From contig MTSL01000207.1 in assembly GCA_002794465.1 (NCBI GenBank), forward strand, positions 1-20,788: a DNA stretch of 20,788 nucleotides, in the 5' to 3' direction. The notes beneath the pieces are model-generated. The model was not told the origin of the DNA. It did not search any database and saw nothing but the letters and a program-made list of their open reading frames with translations. Source of the stretch: Paramicrosporidium saccamoebae KSL3 (taxonomy: Eukaryota > Fungi > Cryptomycota). The position numbers and the translations under genes are program-made. Shown in pieces: positions 7,870 to 15,316 of the stretch (the stretch's first letter is position 1; each line of letters begins with the position of its first letter).

Positions 7870-9528
7870 ATGAACATTTTGTCGGCAACTGCTCGGGTCG
7901 CTTTGTGTCTTTCTTTTCTATCGTCTTGCAACGTCGCCAGAGCTAGCAATGACACGGAAGCCTTACGGAAAATTGTTTCGGAAGAATTGGGAATCTTGGA
8001 ACAATTGCCTGAAAATGGTAACCTTGACAGCAATCCCGTAGAGTACAACGAGGAAATGCTCATGCAGCAACTACTTCAAATGTACACATTACGGGAGCAT
8101 TTCTGTACAATGAATGAGCTCTCGCGAGAAAAGCTGGCAGCCCGACTTGTTGCCATGCCTTTGAGCGGCTCTGGACTGGAAGCGTGGCGGAATTGGGCCT
8201 GTTTTGATCTGCTGGGTAGAAATTTACCAAGGGGTGGAAGTTGCACCGTCTTGTATGCCAGTGATCTTGTGGAGATGCTGCTCTCGGCATGCAGAGGACA
8301 CGAATGGGCTATTACAGCCGTGGAGACTATTTTCCAGGATTCTCAAGCTCTTGGAATGTATAGAATCCAGTTCGATCCACCCATTAATGCTTTGGTCGAC
8401 CTGCCAACCTCGACACAGCATGCAATTGCTGCCAGTGGGGGATCCATTCTGCCGCTCCCTACCCTCCAGAATTGGTGTCTTAACCATGTCAGAGAAAATG
8501 GTGATGCAAGTCTGATGATGACCTTGTTACAGGTGCACACTAATGCTCCAAAGCTCCCTATTGAATCGACCGAATTCTGTAATCAGCTGATTCGAAAAGT
8601 GGCCATGCTACCTATGACTAACTATCGGCCGGATTGGGCACACTGCAAGTCTTTTGTCAGATATTACAAGACACTTGTCCATATAATACCAAATGAACTG
8701 AGGAATTTTACGTTTCATGACTCGCAAATGGCCCTCGATCTTGATCCGTCTATCCATGCAATTTTGTCTAATTGCCATCTCCTCGCTGTACTGAGTCCTG
8801 CGCTGCCCGCACCGCACTTTGAGCCGGGCACTCTGATAATCCGAAAAGACGGATTAGACGAGCTGGAAATTTTGGAATTTTACCTTTCTATGACAGATTT
8901 ATTTGGCATCAACACCAAATCATCTGCAGACACTATCCTCCGTGAAAATCACATTATGCACTGGGTTAATCAGTTGTACTCTAGCAACTCTAATGACGCT
9001 ACAGACTTTGAAAGAGTTGTAAGGATTCTGCTCACTCGAAACTCGCACCTAGTGTTGAACGCCTTTATACTATCATCTCAAAGAATCTCAGCTGAATTGA
9101 TATCTAGCTTCATGGTTGAGAGACTTTGCAGAGATCCAGAGGTACAACCACTGGCCCTTTCCCAATTGCTTTATTATAACAAGCTCCAGCGGATTTCATC
9201 TTCCGGGCTTTCTGGCCGCACGTTGTTGGTTTTGGATATTTTCAACAGCGTCACCGACTCTGGTTGTGTTCGTCCCTGTGGTCTTCCTGGTGAAGTGCAG
9301 TCTATTCCACTTCCTTTGATCCACATATCCAAGAGTGATGCCCTCTTTGCCCAGCGTGTGTATTTGCTTCTGAAATTTGGCATCCCGTTGGAAAGATCGC
9401 TACTGTTGGGATTTCTAAAGTCTCCCCGTACGTCAAGACCTGAACGCCGTGTCGATCATATAATCAGGCAACATTGCACCCTCCAAGGACTCTTTAGTGT
9501 GGTGAAGCACAAGATGGAAAACTATTGA
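7870..9528 (+). CDS. Predicted secreted hypothetical protein, 552 aa, no recognised domain
   Basis: Long intronless ORF. Signal-like MNILSATARVALCLSFLSSCNVARA with an A-x-A cleavage site. Leu-rich, helical-looking remainder. Confidence 0.8.
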   Translation: MNILSATARVALCLSFLSSCNVARASNDTEALRKIVSEELGILEQLPENGNLDSNPVEYNEEMLMQQLLQMYTLREHFCTMNELSREKLAARLVAMPLSGSGLEAWRNWACFDLLGRNLPRGGSCTVLYASDLVEMLLSACRGHEWAITAVETIFQDSQALGMYRIQFDPPINALVDLPTSTQHAIAASGGSILPLPTLQNWCLNHVRENGDASLMMTLLQVHTNAPKLPIESTEFCNQLIRKVAMLPMTNYRPDWAHCKSFVRYYKTLVHIIPNELRNFTFHDSQMALDLDPSIHAILSNCHLLAVLSPALPAPHFEPGTLIIRKDGLDELEILEFYLSMTDLFGINTKSSADTILRENHIMHWVNQLYSSNSNDATDFERVVRILLTRNSHLVLNAFILSSQRISAELISSFMVERLCRDPEVQPLALSQLLYYNKLQRISSSGLSGRTLLVLDIFNSVTDSGCVRPCGLPGEVQSIPLPLIHISKSDALFAQRVYLLLKFGIPLERSLLLGFLKSPRTSRPERRVDHIIRQHCTLQGLFSVVKHKMENY

Positions 9529-9560
9529 AAGAGCGAATTATTTAGTATGACGGATCATGT

Positions 9561-9759
9561 TGTCGCGTAGTGGAGATAAAACCACAGACTTTGCCAGACG
9601 GGAACCCGTTCACTATTAATCCAACAGCCTATTTATATAGTCTCGTAAATAACATAATGATCCTAAAGTACCAGCTAAGAGGACTCGCTGTGTTTAATCG
9701 ACTGCTCCAACCTAGGTAATTATCCTCAACTTTCCAGCTAATCAATTCTCTACATCACA
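9561..9759 (-). mobile_element. LTR-like repeat family 1 (copy A), near full length
   Basis: The minus strand begins TGTGATGTAG and ends CTACGCGACA. TATATAAA at 9632-9639 (minus). 9561-9604 matches 16723-16766 at 38/44. Flanks ATGT/CTTA do not form a TSD. Confidence 0.75.
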
Positions 9760-9760
9760 C

Positions 9761-11095
9761 TTACAATGTCAGCTTTAGCGAACTGAGATAGGCATAGCCA
9801 GATGCCACCCCTCCCTCCATCAGATTGGCGGGCTTTGTCCTCACTAAATATCCAGCCTGGCTATTACGCAGCACTTTGCCCCCTCTTGCCATGATCACGC
9901 CGTAAATTCCCAACTCGGAAACACCTGGTTCCCTCCAAATCTTGTCTCGTAGCAAAATGGACGGCTCAGAGGGGGCGTCAATCTTTTCCATTATAATATG
10001 TGCGGTACGTCGGACAGGGTCAGCGTCGGACAGAAGTTTGACCAATTCCGAACCGAAAATGTTGTGTCCCCCGCCCTCACGTTGCGGCTTGGCAATCCAG
10101 CGATCAGGTTCTGACAAGACACGTTCCGCATTATGCCGACCTGACTCATTATCTTCGAGATGCAATAGCTCCATGAATGTGCTTGCCAGCAAATCTCCAT
10201 CAGTTCTCATGAATTTGGACAATACCGTTGGACAGGCAAGTTCTTGCTGCACCTTTTTCAGTCCAGCCAAATGCATGGCAATATCAGGAATCTTTACAGC
10301 ACTACTCCTCTCCACCATCAATCTGGCAGTCCAGCAATGGCTGTGGACATAGTCGGACGGGCTGTATCCGGATCTGTAATACACTAGTCCCACAACCACT
10401 CCGTTCAACATCATGACGCCATCTTGAGTGGTGCAGTGTTGACCAACTTCCTCCAGTGTCAAGCGTACCATTGAGATACCACTTTGCTTAATTATTCCTT
10501 CTTGGTCATGCAGATTACCTTCTTCGGGCTGCACCACCATAATGGCCATTGCCTCTGTAATCCCATATTCATTCTTGAACAACTCTAATCCATCTCTAAT
10601 TGCCACTGCAATGTCCCCTCCGGCTGTATTTGCAGGAATGTCGAAAGAGTTCTCTCGATGCAGATCACACGTCAATTGCGAAAGATGTGAGAATGAGGCC
10701 GCAATTGTATTTAGCTCGACCTGCTTCAGTTCAGCCTGTTCCAGTTTCCCGTGGAGCATGTAGTCGGACCGGAAAAGGCCTAGCCGCAATTTCTGGGTTG
10801 GGCACTCTTTCCAAATCTTGCAGAGTCGCTCAACAAAGTCATCGCGAATTGCGTTACAAATGCCCTCCAGCCAGACATGTTCGTTGACAATTTCAAGGAC
10901 AAGTCTATTAAAGTATGGCTGGATTGCCACTGCTTTTTCGAATGCAAAGCGTGGCCAGCTGGCTGGCCGCAATGATATGGGTGCTGGCATCGAGCTCCAA
11001 CTGCCATTTACGTTACGTCGCATTGTCAAGCCGTGTTCAAATGCCCATGCACGGGCAGCATCCTCGTCAATTCCTTCGTCAAGGTGCACATGCAT
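9761..11095 (-). CDS. GSH2: Glutathione synthetase, eukaryotic type, 444 aa
   Basis: Motifs FRSDYM, KQVELNTIAASF, YYRSGY, HLAGLKKVQQEL, KPQREGGGHN, SELGIYG, GYLVRTK, EGGVASG. Confidence 0.97.
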   Translation of the reverse strand: MHVHLDEGIDEDAARAWAFEHGLTMRRNVNGSWSSMPAPISLRPASWPRFAFEKAVAIQPYFNRLVLEIVNEHVWLEGICNAIRDDFVERLCKIWKECPTQKLRLGLFRSDYMLHGKLEQAELKQVELNTIAASFSHLSQLTCDLHRENSFDIPANTAGGDIAVAIRDGLELFKNEYGITEAMAIMVVQPEEGNLHDQEGIIKQSGISMVRLTLEEVGQHCTTQDGVMMLNGVVVGLVYYRSGYSPSDYVHSHCWTARLMVERSSAVKIPDIAMHLAGLKKVQQELACPTVLSKFMRTDGDLLASTFMELLHLEDNESGRHNAERVLSEPDRWIAKPQREGGGHNIFGSELVKLLSDADPVRRTAHIIMEKIDAPSEPSILLRDKIWREPGVSELGIYGVIMARGGKVLRNSQAGYLVRTKPANLMEGGVASGYAYLSSLKLTL

Positions 11096-11244
11096 ATTTC
11101 ATTTAACCCGTTTTTAATGAGAGTATTGACGTATGTCGGGCTAGTGCGTCCAATCACAGGGGCCATGCTATACGGATGAGGCAACACGTTATAGATGGCC
11201 ACTACTACAACAGGGTCTGTTGATGAGCGAATTACTTTCAGGAG

Positions 11245-11387
11245 GAGAAGGGAATTTCTTCAGTCAATCCAACGACCCATTTATAGTCTCACAAATAACA
11301 TTATCCTTCATCGATTGTTCTGATTATCCCTTCTCCAAACTAAGGAACTATCTTCAAATACCCAACTAATCAGTCTTCTACGTCACA
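11245..11387 (-). mobile_element. LTR-like repeat family 1 (copy B), 3'-truncated, nested in a family 2 element
   Basis: About 90% identical to 16782-16949 apart from a 25-nt indel. The minus strand starts TGTGACGTAGAAGACTGATTAG. Confidence 0.85.
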
Positions 11388-11503
11388 CCTTTATAGGTGG
11401 CCATTCTTAGGACCACCAAACTGAGCGGTGGGACCGTTATCTGGGTCGGACTCGCCAATGACAGGCGGGTGCCGTTCAACAGGATCTTTACTTAAACCTC
11501 ACA
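11388..11503 (-). mobile_element. Repeat family 2, 5' part, interrupted by family 1 copy B
   Basis: 87/115 ungapped identity to 98-212. Similarity resumes on the far side of copy B (about 11190-11240, minus: TTCGCTCATCAACAGACCC vs TTCACACATCAAGCAGACCC). Confidence 0.8.
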
Positions 11504-11564
11504 CTATATATGCCCCTTCATCTCTACTAGCATTCTTAATCTTACGGCCAATGACAATATGCAT

Positions 11565-12528
11565 CTATTCCTTTGACTTGTCGGTCTGAAAAAATGAATG
11601 TGCCAGCATATCATCAATGTTATTGTTCTGGAATGACCACCGCTTCTCCGGATCCAACTCACATAAGTGATCAACTAAATCCTCTGCCGCCTTGTCTGCC
11701 AGCTCCTCCCGCCCTTTCAATGTCTTCCAGAGTGCCAATTTTCCCATGCGGGAAGCATAGACCACTAATCATGTAGAGACACACCCCCAATGAAAACCAA
11801 TCGACACGCCCATCATATACCTCACCCTTGAGCATCTCGGGAGCTCTACGTCCATCCGTTCCACATATATCCCTGGCGCCACCTGGAGCATAAGCGGCCT
11901 GATCGTAGTCGATCAGATAAACATCACAGTCGTTGCTCATAAGAACGTTCGTTGACTTGATATCTCGGTGTATAATTCCCATTCCATGTAAATATTCCAT
12001 CGCGCTAATAAGGCTTTTCATAACATGTCTCTGCAACGCCTTCTGGTTAAAATTAAAGGTTTTAGAGAGCCAAAATCCGAGCGAATGGCCCTTTACGTAC
12101 TGCATTACTATCCCAACCGATCCCTTAAATACATACGTGCAGTGCAATTTCGGAATGTTTGGGTGCGATGACATTCCGAGGATTCGTTCTTCGGTGCGAA
12201 CATCTTCCGCCCAAAGCTCTCGTTGCGCCTCCGGGTTTCTGCACTTGATCGCCACCATTTTTCGAAGCGGGATGTAGATTGCAGACCAAACCTGTCCGCT
12301 ACGTCCCTCGCCAAGCTTCTTTAGCAGTTTAAAGTGCGGAGCCTGGCACACATTGTTGCCCATGTCCATCCGCGGATAGATTGGCTGGTAGTTTCCTTCT
12401 GGTGAGAGGAGCCGAGCGCCTGGAAGGGCAAAAATTTCAGCCGTCGTCATGGAAGCATAATCGGGTGGATTCCATTCGCTACTGCATTGTACCGCAAGTA
12501 AAGGCAGAAAGAACGCTAAATTGCGCAT
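11565..12528 (-). pseudogene. K5: signal-peptide-bearing Ser/Thr kinase with a frameshift near 11697-11712 (pseudogene, truncated allele or assembly error)
   Basis: ATG at 12528 gives MRNLAFFLPLLAVQC. Motifs GEGRSGQVW, VAIK, HRDIKSTN, DYD, CGT, APE, DWF. The main frame stops at 11671, while the family C-terminus (DKAAEDLVDHL...KRW...HSFF) is in another frame ending at 11565. Confidence 0.85.
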
Positions 12529-12606
12529 ATTCACGAGGTTTAAATAAATACCCTTTAATGGAATCCCTAGTCGATGAGTGTACTATGTGTCACAGCCTGT
12601 ATCAAG

Positions 12607-13740
12607 CTACGCCTTGATGCTTTTATGATTTCTTATTTGTTCCAATTGTAAATAGCCCCACCGTTTCTCTACGTTGGGCACTGTCAAATGTTGAATCAGC
12701 TCGTTTTCGTGGGTGTCTCCCGTTTCCGGAATGCCCTCTTTAAAAGCCTCGGCCAGGTCATGATGCACATCGGAGCTATACCTGAGGTGATTGAAAGGAT
12801 GGTATCTATTGAGAAGCTCAAAAAAGATGATCCCTACGGCAAACCAGTCAGAGGCCTCAGCGGAAGGAGCACCATCCCATACCTCGGGGGAAATGTAAAA
12901 GGGCGATCCCACGCGATCCTTGCGCTGACCGTTGATCGTGGCAAAGCCAAAATCAATTAAATAGAGCACATTGTCTTTGGACAACATGAGATTTTCCAGT
13001 TTAATGTCTCGGTGCCAAATATTCTGACTGTGCAGATACCCCAACACATCCACAAGCTGTCGCATGATGGATTTGCGCAAGTCGTCATCAATCTCTTGTT
13101 TGATCGTTGCGGCTAATGTAACACCATCGATGAATGGCATAACTAAGGCTATATAGTTTGAATGTGGATACACGCAGTGCAGGTTGGCTATCGCCGAGTG
13201 ATGGAGTCTACTCAGGAACACCATTTCGGTCTGAATTTCCTGAATCTTTGATTTGTCTACATACTTGATGGCAACCACCGTCTCGTCCTTATCAAGGGCA
13301 CGATAGACAGCACTAGTGCCGCTTCCCGCACGCCCCAACCGTTTAAAGCGGTCCTTGTCGCACATCTGGCCCTTCCAGCTTGTATAGGCGGGTTGATTTG
13401 GCTTGCCCGGCGTTCCCGTCAGAGAGAGCAGTTCCTCGGTCGTTAGGGCCTGTAGAGCTTCAGCAATCGTCATTTCGGGTGGTTCTGCAAGCTCCGCTTT
13501 GTCACTGGTAGCCTCAATAGATGTCGAAATCGCTGGTTTGGTACTAACTGAATCATTTTTGGCTTCATTATCAAGTGCATCTTGGTTGGAAAGCAGGGTA
13601 GTGAGGTTCCCGCTGCTGACGGTACGTTCAGTCTGTTTCTCAGTTGGAACGTTTGATAGATTTATCAAAGAAAGTTTCGAGGCGTAACCTCCGCCATATA
13701 TACTGACAACCAAGATGAACCCAAGTGTGGTGAGTAGCAT
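12607..13740 (-). CDS. K6: signal-peptide-bearing Ser/Thr kinase with a long S/T-rich spacer, 377 aa
   Basis: MLLTTLGFILVVSIYGGGYA; sequons NLS, NLT and NDS in the spacer. Motifs VAIK, HRDIKLEN, DFG, GSPFYISPE, DWF. Confidence 0.92.
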   Translation of the reverse strand: MLLTTLGFILVVSIYGGGYASKLSLINLSNVPTEKQTERTVSSGNLTTLLSNQDALDNEAKNDSVSTKPAISTSIEATSDKAELAEPPEMTIAEALQALTTEELLSLTGTPGKPNQPAYTSWKGQMCDKDRFKRLGRAGSGTSAVYRALDKDETVVAIKYVDKSKIQEIQTEMVFLSRLHHSAIANLHCVYPHSNYIALVMPFIDGVTLAATIKQEIDDDLRKSIMRQLVDVLGYLHSQNIWHRDIKLENLMLSKDNVLYLIDFGFATINGQRKDRVGSPFYISPEVWDGAPSAEASDWFAVGIIFFELLNRYHPFNHLRYSSDVHHDLAEAFKEGIPETGDTHENELIQHLTVPNVEKRWGYLQLEQIRNHKSIKA

Positions 13741-13926
13741 GTGGCCAAAAGTAATCCCTGGCTATCACGCCATGCCGACTGAATAATTATAAGCCTGTGT
13801 GGGCGATCGGTTTTGGTAGCGTTGATTACTAGCAGAACTGAATGCATAGTACTGGTCTGGATAGCATAAGAAAAATTATGCATGCCAGAAAGAGTCTCTT
13901 TATATCGAACCTCTTGCTATCGATCA

Positions 13927-15057
13927 TTAATTAATGGCTCTATGGTCTCTGATGGTTTCCAATGTCGCATCACCCCATCGCTGCTCCACATCCAATAGTG
14001 TCAAACCTTGGATTAGCTCATCTTCGTCATTGTGTCCTGTGAGTGGAATGATACCCTTCGTGCAGGCCTTTTTAAGTTCACGACTTGGGTCAAAGGCGTT
14101 TTCGACCCATTGAAAAGGAGGAGAGCCCATTAATAGTTCGTAAAAGAGGATTCCCACGGCATACCAGTCGGAAGCGGCACTGTGAGTATTGCTCTTCCAA
14201 ACCTCCGGGGCCATGTAGGTCTCTGTCCCCACAAAACTGCTGTCCAGGCCGTTGATCGTGGCGAGGCCAAAATCAATTAAATAGAGCTTATTGTCCTCGG
14301 ACAACATGAGATTTTCCAGTTTAATGTCTCGGTGCCAGACTTCCTGACTGTGAAGGTATCTCAGCACATCTACTAGCTGCCGCATGATGGATTTGCGCAA
14401 ACCACTGTCGATCCCTTGACTAAGTTTTGCGAGCAGATTGACACCTTTGATGAACGGCATAACTAGAGCTACATTATCATGGTACGGAAATACACAGTGC
14501 AAGTTGATTATCCCCGGATGATTGAGTCTACTTAGAAGCACATCTTCGGCTCGGATTGCCTGTAATTCATCGTTTTCCACAAGCTTGATTGCAACTGTTA
14601 CGTTATCTTCGGCAAGGGCATAGTACACTGTACCTGTAGCGCCATTACCAATCTGCCTCCAGTTGCTGAATCGTCCTTTATGGCAGATCCGCCCGTTCCA
14701 GTGGGTGTAGATGGGTTGGTAGATTCCGCTAGTCTTGAAAGTTTCCGTCTTGGAAAGCAAGTCGACAGTGGTTCTTTCCCGCAGAATTTCAGCCTTTGTC
14801 TTTTTCAGTTCAGAGAGCTGCAACCGTACCATACGCGCTTTCATGGCCAAACTGCCCTCTGTTCCGTTGCTGGGTATGTTAGCAGAAAGAGCAGCGTCTT
14901 TAGCCCGTGTGCTAGCTTGTGTGTCAAATTCTGTCCTGTGACTCTGTAAGTTTTCAAGCTCGACCGTCTCTGGTTGGATTGTTTTTGCAGCCAAACCACT
15001 TTTCGTGTTTGCGCAGACAATAATCAGCAATACGGGAGTGAGCAGATCTAGCAACAT
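13927..15057 (-). CDS. K7: signal-peptide-bearing Ser/Thr kinase, close paralog of K6, 376 aa
   Basis: ATG at 15057 gives MLLDLLTPVLLIIVCA (an alternative in-frame ATG lies at 15084). Motifs GNGATGTVY, VAIK, HRDIKLEN, DFG, GTETYMAPE, DWY. Confidence 0.92.
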   Translation of the reverse strand: MLLDLLTPVLLIIVCANTKSGLAAKTIQPETVELENLQSHRTEFDTQASTRAKDAALSANIPSNGTEGSLAMKARMVRLQLSELKKTKAEILRERTTVDLLSKTETFKTSGIYQPIYTHWNGRICHKGRFSNWRQIGNGATGTVYYALAEDNVTVAIKLVENDELQAIRAEDVLLSRLNHPGIINLHCVFPYHDNVALVMPFIKGVNLLAKLSQGIDSGLRKSIMRQLVDVLRYLHSQEVWHRDIKLENLMLSEDNKLYLIDFGLATINGLDSSFVGTETYMAPEVWKSNTHSAASDWYAVGILFYELLMGSPPFQWVENAFDPSRELKKACTKGIIPLTGHNDEDELIQGLTLLDVEQRWGDATLETIRDHRAIN

Positions 15058-15093
15058 GGTAATTATACAATCCCTGGTTGCCATCAAAAGAGA

Positions 15094-15225
15094 CTGCTAA
15101 ACAGCATTCGCTTATTGTTGGCGAGTCCAGCTCAGTTATCGGACCCACAGTCCAGTTTGACTATATTACGAACGGCTACCTATGTCATAGACTTTAATAA
15201 ATGTAATTCACGCATCAACAGAGAC
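15094..15225 (+). mobile_element. Repeat family 2, internal copy between K7 and K8
   Basis: 15094-15183 matches 119-208 at 70/90 ungapped, and similarity continues through TTCACGCATCAACAGA. Weak similarity may extend to about 15310. Confidence 0.75.
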
Positions 15226-15316
15226 TTTACTGTCTCCTCACGCGGACCATTGCCCCAGCATCCCGTTTTTAGGTCAAACAAGGCGCCATGGAATTTACAC
15301 TCTACCCGAGGGTGAT

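Noticed and set aside
11221-11325. Box C/D snoRNA (TGATGA...CTGA)
   Set aside because: The boxes are not conserved in the homologous repeat copies (CTGA is CTGG in copy C), and the region is explained by nested repeats.
11671-11765. Intron rescuing the K5 frameshift
   Set aside because: There is no GT donor near the break on the minus strand, and the region is already shorter than in paralogs, so splicing would remove needed residues.
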